Part shown: piece after piece, positions 52,043 through 61,287 of the stretch
Numbering within the stretch: the stretch's first letter is position 1
Layout: each line of letters starts with the position of its first letter
Assembly: GCA_964370565.1 (NCBI GenBank)
Contig: CAYJJR010000001.1
Span: 982 to 64,981, forward strand
Source of the DNA: an uncultured Oscillospiraceae bacterium
Lineage (GTDB): Bacteria > Bacillota > Clostridia > Oscillospirales > Ruminococcaceae
Reading direction: 5' to 3'
DNA: 64,000 bases
The notes under the pieces: model-generated
Databases searched by the model: none
What the model saw: the letters and a program-made list of their open reading frames with translations, nothing else
Told to the model about the DNA's origin: nothing
Position numbers and translations under genes: made by a program

Positions 52043-53353
52043 ATGGATATCTACAACAAAGTAAAACAATTTACCAAAAGTCTTGAGATGCATTCGGATT
52101 TTATCGACATCGAAAGGGATAGCGATAGCTTTAAAGATCAAATGATCAAAAGCCTTGAAAAAGAGGGAGGATCTTCTTTAAAGATGTTACCAACCTATCT
52201 GACCGCGGACGGAGAGATACCTATTAACGAAAGCGTTATTGTGGTAGACGCCGGCGGAACAAACTTTAGGGTTGCGGCGGTACATTTCGATGAACAATAC
52301 AAAATTGTTGAAGAATACTTCGAACAATATAAAATGCCGGGCATTGAAAAAGCGATAACAATGGACGAGTTTTACCAAATAGCGGCGGACAGGCTTATGC
52401 CGGCTATCGACAAAAGCGACAAGATTGCATTTTGCTTTTCATATGCGGCAGAGATTTTGGAAAACAAAGACGGAAGAGTTATAGACCTTGCGAAAGAGGT
52501 TACGATATCTCAATCGAGCGGTAAACTTATCTGTGAGGGGATTAAACAAGAGCTTATCAAGCGTGGTAAAACGGGGAAAAGTTTTATCCTTATCAACGAT
52601 ACAGTCTCAACCATGATTGGCGGCAAGGTTATGAACATGAACATGCAGTTTGAGACATATATAGGAATGATTTTGGGAACGGGAAGCAACACTTGCTATA
52701 TTGAAAAAACCAAAAATATCAACAAGATTAACAAGAATATTTCTTTGCCCGAAAACATTGCGGTCAACATCGAAAGCGGATACTACGACGGGGTTCACCA
52801 AGGTGTCATAGACAAACAACGTGATGCGCGTTCCAAAAATCCCGGCGTTGCGAAATATGAAAAGATGATAGCTGGAGCATATCAGGGAATGAATATATAC
52901 AGAACGGTTGAAAAAGCGACGGAGCAAGGGTTGTTTTCAAATGAATTTGTCGAGCGTTTTAAAGACGTTGAACCGTTTACTTTAAAAGAAGTCGACGATT
53001 TTTGTTTTGCGCCTACAAGGGAAAATAAACTTGCAATGCTCACGGCAGGAAGCAACAGCGACCGCCAAACGCTTTATTATATAATCGACAGCGACTACGA
53101 ACGCGCGGCAAAGCTTGCGACGTTTGTTATTGCCGGAATACTAAAGCAAACAGGATACGGGACAGACCCGACTATGCCGGTTTGTATATGTGCCGACGGG
53201 ACGACGTTTTATAAATCTAAACTGTTCAGAGGCAAGTTTAATTATTACATAAAAGATTATATCGAACACGATATGCGACGTTATGTAGAGTTTGTTAAAG
53301 CAGAGAAAGCGACACTTATTGGAACGGCGGTTGCCGGGCTTTTGAACTGTTAG
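52043..53353 (+). CDS. Hexokinase family protein
   Basis: 436 aa with the LKMLPTYL and VVDAGGTNFRVAAV motifs typical of the eukaryote-type hexokinase fold (ASKHA superfamily). Confidence 0.72.
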   Translation: MDIYNKVKQFTKSLEMHSDFIDIERDSDSFKDQMIKSLEKEGGSSLKMLPTYLTADGEIPINESVIVVDAGGTNFRVAAVHFDEQYKIVEEYFEQYKMPGIEKAITMDEFYQIAADRLMPAIDKSDKIAFCFSYAAEILENKDGRVIDLAKEVTISQSSGKLICEGIKQELIKRGKTGKSFILINDTVSTMIGGKVMNMNMQFETYIGMILGTGSNTCYIEKTKNINKINKNISLPENIAVNIESGYYDGVHQGVIDKQRDARSKNPGVAKYEKMIAGAYQGMNIYRTVEKATEQGLFSNEFVERFKDVEPFTLKEVDDFCFAPTRENKLAMLTAGSNSDRQTLYYIIDSDYERAAKLATFVIAGILKQTGYGTDPTMPVCICADGTTFYKSKLFRGKFNYYIKDYIEHDMRRYVEFVKAEKATLIGTAVAGLLNC

Positions 53354-53502
53354 TTAATAATTAATTCATTAAAAGAGGTTATAATAGAAATAAGCTTCAC
53401 CTACGGTGAAGCTATTGGAAATACTCGTTGCCTTGTTTCACTTGGCATTTTGCATCGATGGTGCAAAAACGCAGTATTTCTTGTGTTTCAAGCTACAGCT
53501 AA

Positions 53503-53540
53503 TAGAAATAATCCGCAGGATTATTTCTATTTCTATTTAT
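53503..53540 (+). terminator. Hairpin plus T-rich tract after the hexokinase gene
   Basis: tagaaataatcc-gca-ggattatttcta followed by tttctatttat. A second hairpin, agcttcacc-tac-ggtgaagct, lies at 53393-53413. Confidence 0.45.
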
Positions 53541-53557
53541 CTGGTAAGATTAACTTG

Positions 53558-54586
53558 ATGGAGAACTTAATGATTTTATTTTTAAAAAAAATTACGATAA
53601 CCGCAACGGTTGTGTTGGTGGTTTTGCTGGCTTTTGGTTGTTCGTCGACCGAAAAAAGCCCTCTCGACGACAATGCGTTTGTATTTTCTGTTGGAGAGCG
53701 CGAGGTTTATGCGGACGAATTTATCTACTACTTGCTACCATATAAAGACATATATCAAGAGAATAACCCCGATATTCTAACCGATGATTACGCGAGACAA
53801 CAGTTATTTAAAGTCTTAATAGATAATATAAAGCAAACCGCCGCGCTATTGGATTGGGCGAGGGACCATGATATTAAACTTGATGATACAGATTACGACG
53901 AAATCCAAGACGAGATACAGCTATTAGTTGAGCAAGCCGGAAATGAAACGTTGTTTGAAACTCGACTCGCTAGCGATTATATGACACTTGAGGTTTTAAC
54001 AACTAACTTTAAAGATCAAAAGTTAGGGCAGAAAATACGAGAATATATCCTGTCCGACGAGTCTCCATATAGCTTTACCGAGCAACAAAAAAGCGAGTTT
54101 ATTGAAAGCCGAAATGTTTTAGCTGTTCAGTTTATCTTTATCTCATACGAAACGACAGCGGGACTTATTGAGTATCCTAGCAGCATACAAAAAAGTGACG
54201 ATAAAAAACAAACGGTTGAATTAATATATCAACGATATCTCGACGGCGAAGACTTTACAAAACTTGTAGAGGAATATTCAAATGACGGGCTTATGGTTAA
54301 CTCTCCCGAGGGATACACCTATTATCGAGATCAAGAACTTTTTCTTGACAGCTTTGTGGGGCAGGCGGTAAACGATCTTGAGGTTGGGGAAGTGTCCGAA
54401 ATTTTGGAAAACGACGGAGGGTTTTATATAGTTAAGAGAACCGAACCGATACCGTCACAGGTTAAAGAGATGATGTCAAACGAAAAATTGTTGGAAGAAA
54501 CGCAAAAATACATCGAACAAAACGAAGTTGTTTACAGCGAAGATTTTGATTTAATAACGTTTGAAGATATCTATTTTAGATATTAA
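53558..54586 (+). CDS. PpiC/parvulin-type peptidyl-prolyl isomerase lipoprotein (PrsA-like)
   Basis: The start is set at ATG 53558 (MENLMILFLKK...LLAFGCSS lipobox). The C-terminal parvulin pattern is ..EEYSNDG....PEGYTYYRDQ...FVGQAVNDLEVGEVSEILENDGGFYIVKR. The track ORF has a 36-codon extension. Confidence 0.72.
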   Translation: MENLMILFLKKITITATVVLVVLLAFGCSSTEKSPLDDNAFVFSVGEREVYADEFIYYLLPYKDIYQENNPDILTDDYARQQLFKVLIDNIKQTAALLDWARDHDIKLDDTDYDEIQDEIQLLVEQAGNETLFETRLASDYMTLEVLTTNFKDQKLGQKIREYILSDESPYSFTEQQKSEFIESRNVLAVQFIFISYETTAGLIEYPSSIQKSDDKKQTVELIYQRYLDGEDFTKLVEEYSNDGLMVNSPEGYTYYRDQELFLDSFVGQAVNDLEVGEVSEILENDGGFYIVKRTEPIPSQVKEMMSNEKLLEETQKYIEQNEVVYSEDFDLITFEDIYFRY

Positions 54587-54596
54587 AAACAAATTT

Positions 54597-54622
54597 AGGA
54601 GCGAACAAGTTTGTTCGCTCCT
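54597..54622. terminator. Bidirectional terminator between convergent genes
   Basis: aggagcgaacaa-gt-ttgttcgctcct forms a perfect 12-bp stem. Confidence 0.7.
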
Positions 54623-54626
54623 TTGC

Positions 54627-55307
54627 TTAAATGATTATCTTTTTTGCTTTTATAAAATGTATAGGCAACCCTTTTTCGCGAAAATTCCGTTCGTGTTCCG
54701 ACATCGGATGTTGTGGGTCAAAAGGTGCATCGTAGTCTTTGATTAAAATTTCAAACCCTGCTTTTTCAAAATACTCGAAACTTTCCTCGAAAAGAGGTTT
54801 GTCGTCGGTTTTAAAATAGATAATACCGTCGTCCTTTAAAAATTCGCGGTATTTATTCAGTTGGCGAAAGTGGGTGAGACGTCTTTTTTTGTGTTGGTTT
54901 TTGGGCCAAGGATTACAAAAATTGATATAAATGGTGTCTATGCTGTCTTCCTTTGAAAATATGTCCTCGATTCGACAGATTTCGTATGAAAATATAACGA
55001 CATTGTCTATTGGTTTTTGAGCGCTTTCAAACTGATTTTCAATAGTTAGTTTCGCAAGATAGAGCATCTCGCTTTTTATGTCGATTGCGATATAGTTGGT
55101 GTCGAAGTTAGCGAGCGCAAGCGGAGCGACAAGTTCCCCCTTTCCACACCCAAGTTCCAAGGCGGTTTTTTTGTTTTTGTTGTTAAAAACTTCGTTCCAT
55201 CTTCCGCGAAGTTCGGTTGGATCTTTTATAAAAAAAGCCGTTTTATCTAGCTCGGGACGCGCTAATGGGTTGTGACGAATTCTCACGGTATTTATAATCT
55301 CCTTCAA
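54627..55307 (-). CDS. trmB: tRNA (guanine46-N7)-methyltransferase
   Basis: 226 aa with the SAM-binding motif LELGCGKGE and FPDPWPK-like NFCNPWPKNQHKKRRL. The start is uncertain (a GTG at 55286 is possible), and the 5' end overlaps the upstream ORF. Confidence 0.85.
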   Translation of the reverse strand: MKEIINTVRIRHNPLARPELDKTAFFIKDPTELRGRWNEVFNNKNKKTALELGCGKGELVAPLALANFDTNYIAIDIKSEMLYLAKLTIENQFESAQKPIDNVVIFSYEICRIEDIFSKEDSIDTIYINFCNPWPKNQHKKRRLTHFRQLNKYREFLKDDGIIYFKTDDKPLFEESFEYFEKAGFEILIKDYDAPFDPQHPMSEHERNFREKGLPIHFIKAKKIII

Positions 55308-56238
55308 ACAGCTTTATGTGATCGTTTTTAAGTAGCAATCCTTTTTTCTTTGCTTTTGCCAATATGACGGCAACTAACAAGACAACCACAGCTCCAACTA
55401 TATTTTGCGACCAAAAAGCGTAAGCAACGTCTTGACCCAAAGCTATCGATGAGGAAATTTGTTCAACTATCCCGACGATATCGACCGCGAAACCTTCCTG
55501 TCTCCATTTGTCGGCAAGTAAAAAACCGAACGAAGCGAAGTTTGCCGCAACTACACATAAAACAGGGAAAAGAGTCACCGCAAAAAATCTTTCGATACTG
55601 GGTTTTCCGCCAAAAACAACATATCCCAAATGCGCAAGCAACGCAATAGATAGCGAAGACAATAGGATTGGAAAATCCCTTAAAGCGAAATCAAACCAGA
55701 GATAGCCTCCGATAAGCGAAAACAACAACGCCCCGATATACCCGGAAAAAGAGTTTTTGACGTACTTAACCTCACCTTTTGAGATGGGGACGGTAATCTT
55801 GGTTGCACATTGTTTGTCGCATACGTGCGCAAAACCGTCTATAGCTATGATGGCATAGTTATTAAGCGGTTCCGCACAGTTTGTGCATTTCTCGAAACTA
55901 TTAAACTCATAGTGCGCAAACTCTTTTACAAAGCTATAAAAGAACCCCAAAACATTGGTGAACGTTTTTTCTGTTTTTTCAAAGTCGAGTTTTAACCCGG
56001 TGGAACTTATCTGCAAATTAAGAATATTAAATTTTTCGGAATGTTTTTGACAAAAATCCGCGATGTAATCGGAACATCTTTCGGGATAGTCAACCATACA
56101 GATGTCGATACAAAGCGTTATAGAGGTTTTGTCCTCATAGACCGACACAAGTATATTTTGATTTGCCCCGTAAAGATAATCCTCAAACGTTTTAAGTTCA
56201 AGGTCATCCGCTATTATCTTTAAATCTTTAGAAATCAT
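55243..56238 (-). CDS. Hypothetical protein: N-terminal soluble domain with Cys cluster plus C-terminal membrane domain
   Basis: 331 aa. It has CTNCAEPL...HVCDKQC (zinc-ribbon-like) followed by about five hydrophobic helices. No recognisable family. Confidence 0.55.
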   Translation of the reverse strand: MISKDLKIIADDLELKTFEDYLYGANQNILVSVYEDKTSITLCIDICMVDYPERCSDYIADFCQKHSEKFNILNLQISSTGLKLDFEKTEKTFTNVLGFFYSFVKEFAHYEFNSFEKCTNCAEPLNNYAIIAIDGFAHVCDKQCATKITVPISKGEVKYVKNSFSGYIGALLFSLIGGYLWFDFALRDFPILLSSLSIALLAHLGYVVFGGKPSIERFFAVTLFPVLCVVAANFASFGFLLADKWRQEGFAVDIVGIVEQISSSIALGQDVAYAFWSQNIVGAVVVLLVAVILAKAKKKGLLLKNDHIKLFEGDYKYRENSSQPISASRAR

Positions 56239-56391
56239 TGTTGATTTTACCTATTCGTTTTATTTTATAAGCTCAACTTTCAAAAAGAGCCTATATGATT
56301 TATATCAATAGAATAAAGGTTGTAGAATAAAAAAACTAATTTTTATTCTCTAACCAAAATAAATCACAAATTCAAAAAAACAGATGTTGAT

Positions 56392-56910
56392 TTATTTTTC
56401 GCTTTTTGTGTCAACTTCGTCTTTTTTCGGTTGTTCGGCCGAAGGGTCTTTGGAGGGCTGTTGAACAATCGGTTCTTTTGCTTCGTTTTTTTCTTTTTTT
56501 GCGTCTTTTTTGCTTTTTTCGTCAACGACTTTTTTTGATTGTTGCGTATGTTCGGTCTTTGCGTCTAAAACAGGGAACTCGGGTTTTTTCGCCATGTTTT
56601 CGTCTATAAGGCGGTTACATCTTCTGATGAACCCGGCAACAACTAAGAGAACAGTTATAAATCCCAAAGCAGGTATCGTTATCGGGATTAGATATCCCGG
56701 CAAAAATTCAACTAAAATGCTTCGCACGATTTGGTCGGAAGGATATCCCATAGACAGAAACTGTATAATCTCTTGGACATACGGAACCACTATGACGGTT
56801 ATCTGGAAGATATACATAGCGAGGATTAATATCGCAACAAAGTACAACATGCCACAGGAAAATTTATTTTTTTTCATATTTATGCCTATTCCTTTCTTAG
56901 TTTTGTGCAA
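56392..56910 (-). CDS. Hypothetical membrane protein with Lys/Glu-rich C-terminal tail
   Basis: 172-aa ORF with two or three hydrophobic helices followed by KKVVDEKSKKDAKKEKNEAKE... The start may be at the internal MKKNKF. Confidence 0.5.
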   Translation of the reverse strand: MHKTKKGIGINMKKNKFSCGMLYFVAILILAMYIFQITVIVVPYVQEIIQFLSMGYPSDQIVRSILVEFLPGYLIPITIPALGFITVLLVVAGFIRRCNRLIDENMAKKPEFPVLDAKTEHTQQSKKVVDEKSKKDAKKEKNEAKEPIVQQPSKDPSAEQPKKDEVDTKSEK

Positions 56911-57201
56911 CTTTTTACATAAATTATAAAAGTTAAAAAGTTATGCCCGTCATATTTGGCATAAAGCACAAAACGGTGTTTGAAAAATCTTGTTTTTCAA
57001 ACTTTTTACCTCTTTTTTTGTAGAACTAAATAATTATATGGTGGACTTGAATAAGTTCTGTTGGACTTAAGTATAAGTCTACTATATACTTTTAAAGTTA
57101 ATTATAATAAAAATAATGTAATTTTTCAATAAAAATAATCGAATAGGGCAAGATTAATACAATATGTTTGAAACGAAAATTTAAAATATTGATTTTAACA
57201 A

Positions 57202-57230
57202 TTGCCGAAACGTAATAATTTGTTTATAAT
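57202..57230 (+). promoter_or_regulatory. Candidate promoter of the radical SAM gene pair
   Basis: TTGCCG (57202-57207), a 17-nt spacer, then TATAAT (57225-57230). Confidence 0.4.
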
Positions 57231-57269
57231 AGTCATATAAATATTTTTGGAAGTTGATTTACACATAAC

Positions 57270-59111
57270 ATGAATTATTCTCGCGAAAAAGCTTTGCGTG
57301 AGGTTCAAAAGCCGGGGCGATACATAGGGCTTGAGCCAAACGCCGTGTACAAAAACAAAGATGATGTCGATTTAAGGTTTGCGTTTTGTTTTCCCGATAC
57401 GTATGAAGTCGGCATGTCGCACCTTGGAATGAAGATATTGTACAGTCTTCTAAACGCTCAACAAAATATCTGGTGCGAGCGTGTTTTTGCTCCGTGGTTT
57501 GATATGAAGGAAGCTATGGAAAGACACGAAGTTCCGCTTTATGCGCTTGAAAGCAAAGACGGACTTGACAAGTTTGATGTTGTCGGGTTTACTTTGCAGT
57601 TTGAACTTTCGTACACAACGATTTTATATATGCTTGACCTTGCCGGAATTCCGCTTAAAAGTTCGGCAAGAAAAGAAACATTTCCGCTTATAGTCGCGGG
57701 GGGACCTTGTGCATGTAACCCCGAACCCATTGCCGAGTTTGTTGATATATTTATGCTTGGAGAAGGGGAAGAAGTTATACTTGAACTTTCAAACCTCATT
57801 ATAAAAGCGAAAAAAGCCGGATATACAAAACGTAAACTTTTAATAGAAGCATCTAAGATTAAAGGCGTTTATGTTCCGAGTCTTTATAAAATTGAATATA
57901 ACGAGGACGGAACGGTTTGTTCGATAACTTCAAAAAACAAAGCGCCGCTTCCTGTTCAAAAGCGAATTATAAGCGACATGAATACGGCATTTTTTCCGAA
58001 TGAATTTGTTGTGCCTATGATTGAAGTCATACAAGACAGGGTAACTACCGAAGTTTTAAGGGGCTGCATACGAGGATGTCGTTTTTGTCAAGCGGGGTAT
58101 ATCTATCGTCCGTTCAGGCCGAAGGGCTACGACGTAATCGACCGCCAAGCCAAAACGCTTTGCGAGAACACAGGATACGACGAGATTTCGTTAACCTCGC
58201 TTTCAACCAGCGACCATCCCGAGATAAACGAAATGCTCGATAGTTTACTTGACTGGACGGTTGAGAGAAAAATTAATCTTTCGCTTCCGTCGCTTAGGAT
58301 AGACACGTTGACCGACGAGTTAATCGAAAAGACGACCAAGGTTAGAAAAAGCGGGCTTACAATAGCCCCCGAAGCCGGAACGCAAAGATTGCGCGACGCT
58401 ATTAACAAAAATCTTACCGAACAAGAGATATTAGATGGTTGCAAAACCGCGTTTATGTCGGGGTTTTGTACAGTAAAGCTGTATTTTATGATAGGTCTTC
58501 CAACCGAAACCGAGCAAGATATAATAGGCATTGCGACGCTAGCGCAAAAGATAGTCGATCTTTTTTATTCGCTGTCTGAACGCCCAAAAGGAAAATCGGT
58601 GTCGGTTAATATAAGCCTTGCTTGTTTTGTTCCGAAACCGTTTACTCCGTTTGAGTTCTTTAAACAAAACACGGCACAAGAGTTTGAACAAAAACAACGA
58701 TTAATAAAAGAACACGCAAAAAGCAGAAAGATTTCGGTTAAGTGGCATGATGCTAAGACAAGTATAATCGAAGCGGTGTTGGCGCGCGGAGACAGAAGGC
58801 TTGGAAAAGTGTTGTTAAACGTATATAAAGACGGCGGAATCTTTGAAAGTTGGGACGAAGGTTTTTCGTATGAACGTTGGGAAAAAGCTTTGAAAAAAGC
58901 TAAACTCGACAAAGATTTCTACGCGTCAAGAGAACGCGAGTTCGATGAAACTATGCCGTGGGATATATTTGACTATGGCGTAGACAAAAAATATTTGATA
59001 TCTGAATACAAAAAAGCCAAAGCCGCAAAAGCAACAAACAGTTGTCACGAGGGATGTTCGGCATGTGGTATCGAAAAAATTTCGGGGAGGAAATGTTTTG
59101 CACACGATTAG
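57270..59111 (+). CDS. B12-binding-domain radical SAM protein (TIGR03960-like)
   Basis: 613 aa with the radical SAM cluster motif CIRGCRFCQAG and an N-terminal B12-binding-like domain. It is followed by the usual DUF2344 partner. Confidence 0.82.
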   Translation: MNYSREKALREVQKPGRYIGLEPNAVYKNKDDVDLRFAFCFPDTYEVGMSHLGMKILYSLLNAQQNIWCERVFAPWFDMKEAMERHEVPLYALESKDGLDKFDVVGFTLQFELSYTTILYMLDLAGIPLKSSARKETFPLIVAGGPCACNPEPIAEFVDIFMLGEGEEVILELSNLIIKAKKAGYTKRKLLIEASKIKGVYVPSLYKIEYNEDGTVCSITSKNKAPLPVQKRIISDMNTAFFPNEFVVPMIEVIQDRVTTEVLRGCIRGCRFCQAGYIYRPFRPKGYDVIDRQAKTLCENTGYDEISLTSLSTSDHPEINEMLDSLLDWTVERKINLSLPSLRIDTLTDELIEKTTKVRKSGLTIAPEAGTQRLRDAINKNLTEQEILDGCKTAFMSGFCTVKLYFMIGLPTETEQDIIGIATLAQKIVDLFYSLSERPKGKSVSVNISLACFVPKPFTPFEFFKQNTAQEFEQKQRLIKEHAKSRKISVKWHDAKTSIIEAVLARGDRRLGKVLLNVYKDGGIFESWDEGFSYERWEKALKKAKLDKDFYASREREFDETMPWDIFDYGVDKKYLISEYKKAKAAKATNSCHEGCSACGIEKISGRKCFAHD

Positions 59112-59760
59112 ATTAAAGTTTAGCAAAGTTTTTGACGCAAGATATCTTTCCCACCTCGATCTTGTGCGCGTTTTTTCAAGGGCTTTAACACGCGCTAAGA
59201 TAAACGCATGGTACACAGAAGGGTTTAACTCCCATTTATACATGATGTTCCCTTTGCCGCTTTCTTTGGGGTCTGAAAGCATATATGAAACTCTCGACAT
59301 AAAGGTTGAAGACGACACGGATTTTTCGTATTTCCCCGATAGAATAAACTGTTTTTTGCCGTTTGGCATAGAGGTTTTCGATTGCAGAAAAGCCGTTATG
59401 AAACCAACCGAGATAGCGTTTGCGCGGTATTTTATAGACATTTTTGATCAAGAACTTTCTAACAAAGAGATGATAGAAGCTCTTGAACAGGTTTGTTTAA
59501 GCGAAAAGATAATTGTAACCAAAAAAAGCAAGGCGAAAAATATGATTGAAGTAGATATCAAACCACAGATAAACAGCTTTAAGATAATCGAACAAGGAGA
59601 CAAAGTTGTTTTTGATTTAATCTGTGAAGCGGGAACACAAAAGAATTTAAATCCGACTTTGTTGTTAAATGTGTTTTTTGAAAAAATAGGAAAGACGCCG
59701 GATTTTTATCTTATAAAAAGAACTCAAGTTTTGACAAATCAATTTAAAAATTTTGAATAA
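59098..59760 (+). CDS. Radical SAM-associated protein (TIGR03936 / DUF2344-like)
   Basis: IRLKFSKVFDARYLSHLDLVRVFSRALTRAKI matches the DUF2344 N-terminus. The start is placed at TTG 59098 after GGGGAGGA; the track starts at GTG 59065. Confidence 0.72.
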   Translation: MHTIRLKFSKVFDARYLSHLDLVRVFSRALTRAKINAWYTEGFNSHLYMMFPLPLSLGSESIYETLDIKVEDDTDFSYFPDRINCFLPFGIEVFDCRKAVMKPTEIAFARYFIDIFDQELSNKEMIEALEQVCLSEKIIVTKKSKAKNMIEVDIKPQINSFKIIEQGDKVVFDLICEAGTQKNLNPTLLLNVFFEKIGKTPDFYLIKRTQVLTNQFKNFE

Positions 59761-59903
59761 AGATGGTTTTGGCAAATAATTTTAGAAAAAAATAAAAAAA
59801 ATGACATAAAACGATGTTTGATGTTGACAACAACGACAAATATATATATAATAATAAAAGTTGTAAATCTACGGCAGGTAAGCGGCCTTAAGGAGGGTAG
59901 AAG

Positions 59904-60080
59904 TTGTCGGAAGTTAGGGTTAAAGAAAACGAGAGTCTTGATAGTGCTCTCAGACGTTTTAAACGCCAATGTGCAAGATCCGGAGTCCTCGCAGAGGTTC
60001 GTAAGCGTGAGCACTATGAAAAACCTTCGGTTAAGCGCAAGAAAAAATCCGAAGCGGCTAGAAAACGTAAATTTAAATAA
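59904..60080 (+). CDS. rpsU: 30S ribosomal protein S21
   Basis: Not in the ORF track because it is 58 aa with a TTG start. AAGGAGGG lies 6 nt upstream. Translation: (M)[57 protein letters not shown]. Confidence 0.9.
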   Translation: MSEVRVKENESLDSALRRFKRQCARSGVLAEVRKREHYEKPSVKRKKKSEAARKRKFK

Positions 60081-60151
60081 CCTCTTTGGTTGTTTAATCG
60101 TCGCGTGTTAATCAAATAGGTTAACAAACGGCAGAAATTATGAATTAAAAA

Positions 60152-60181
60152 ACGACGAAGCGAAAAGCTTTGTCGTTTTTT
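60152..60181 (+). terminator. Rho-independent terminator of rpsU
   Basis: acgacgaagc-gaaaa-gctttgtcgt (one G-U pair) followed by a T5 run. Confidence 0.75.
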
Positions 60182-60251
60182 GTATGCCTAGTTTGCCTAG
60201 GTTGCCTAGGCATAGATTTTTTTGATTTTTAATAATATATTGCGAAAAACG

Positions 60252-60282
60252 AGTTGTTTTTAAAAACAACTTGATGTACAAT
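60252..60282 (+). promoter_or_regulatory. Candidate promoter overlapped by a perfect 20-bp palindrome (operator-like)
   Basis: The palindrome agttgtttttaaaaacaact (60252-60271) overlaps TTGTTT (60254-60259), a 17-nt spacer and TACAAT (60277-60282). Confidence 0.4.
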
Positions 60283-60313
60283 ATAGATATACAAAAATCA
60301 TGGAGTGCTTTTT

Positions 60314-60691
60314 ATGAACACCGAAAACTTTTCGCCACACATAACGGTAAGGCTTAAAAATCAAAATGTTTTTTTCGGTCCCGGTATCTATAATTTGATG
60401 GTAGAGATATCAAAAACCGGTTCTGTTCGCGAGGCAGCAAAAAGTATGGAGCTTTCGTACTCAAAGGCTTGGAAGATATTAAACGCCGCGGAAAGCGAAA
60501 TTGAAACGAAGCTTGTTGTTCGCAAACATGGCGGAAAAGACGGAGGGAAAGCAAGCCTTTCGGACGAGGGGAAACGGCTTTTGGAAAGATACGCCGAGTT
60601 TGAACTGGCGGTGAAGCAAAGGGCAGTTGAGGAATATGCTCGGATATTTGATGGTTTTAATAGCAATTCATTAAAAAATGGGGACAAGTAG
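60314..60691 (+). CDS. ModE N-terminal-domain-like winged-helix regulator (LysR-type HTH only)
   Basis: GPGIYNLMVEISKTGSVREAAKSMELSYSKAWKILNAAE...GGKDGGKASLSDEGKRLLERY resembles the ModE/molybdate-regulator HTH domain. No Mop domain is present. The start is set at ATG 60314. Confidence 0.7.
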   Translation: MNTENFSPHITVRLKNQNVFFGPGIYNLMVEISKTGSVREAAKSMELSYSKAWKILNAAESEIETKLVVRKHGGKDGGKASLSDEGKRLLERYAEFELAVKQRAVEEYARIFDGFNSNSLKNGDK

Positions 60692-61285
60692 ATGAATATA
60701 TTTCTCGAGGGGTCAAAAGGAATTGGTAAGACAACGCTCATTAAACAAGCGTTGAAAGCAAGCAAAAAAAAATCAACAGGGTTTTTAAGCGTTCGTTTGG
60801 TGGATAAAAACGGCGAAAGCGTTGGGTTTTGTTTAGAGCGGTTTACAGAGGATTGCGAGACGGTGAGGGTTGTTGAAAGTGTTGACGTTAAAACCAAAGG
60901 GTTGTTTATGTCGGGAGATCCCAAAAACAGGGTAGTTAAACTAGAGGCGTTTTGCGAAATTAGCGAGATAGTGGGCGACTATTCGGGATACGACATTTTT
61001 GTTATGGACGAAATAGGAGGGTTGGAGCTGTTGTCGCCTGTGTTTGTTGAATATATCAAAACTGTTTTGAGTAGCAACATGTTTTGCATAGGGACGTACA
61101 AAAGCAAAGATAACTTTAAACACATGAAAACAAACGTGGAGGTAGACCTTGCAGACAATCCGGGAGAGCATTTTAAAAAACAACTTATTGAAAAATATAA
61201 TGCAGAGATTTTAACCGTTACGGAACAAAACAAACAAGAGATATTAAAAAAAATAATATATAATTTAAAAAAGGGATGGTCATAA
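60692..61285 (+). CDS. P-loop NTPase (THEP1/NTPase-1-like)
   Basis: 197 aa with Walker A FLEGSKGIGKTT and Walker B-like IFVMDEIG. Confidence 0.65.
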   Translation: MNIFLEGSKGIGKTTLIKQALKASKKKSTGFLSVRLVDKNGESVGFCLERFTEDCETVRVVESVDVKTKGLFMSGDPKNRVVKLEAFCEISEIVGDYSGYDIFVMDEIGGLELLSPVFVEYIKTVLSSNMFCIGTYKSKDNFKHMKTNVEVDLADNPGEHFKKQLIEKYNAEILTVTEQNKQEILKKIIYNLKKGWS

Positions 61286-61287
61286 AA

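Noticed and set aside
59818-60111. 97-aa ORF from the track
   Set aside because: It is out of frame with, and fully overlaps, the clear rpsU reading frame. Its product is low-complexity and it has no SD.
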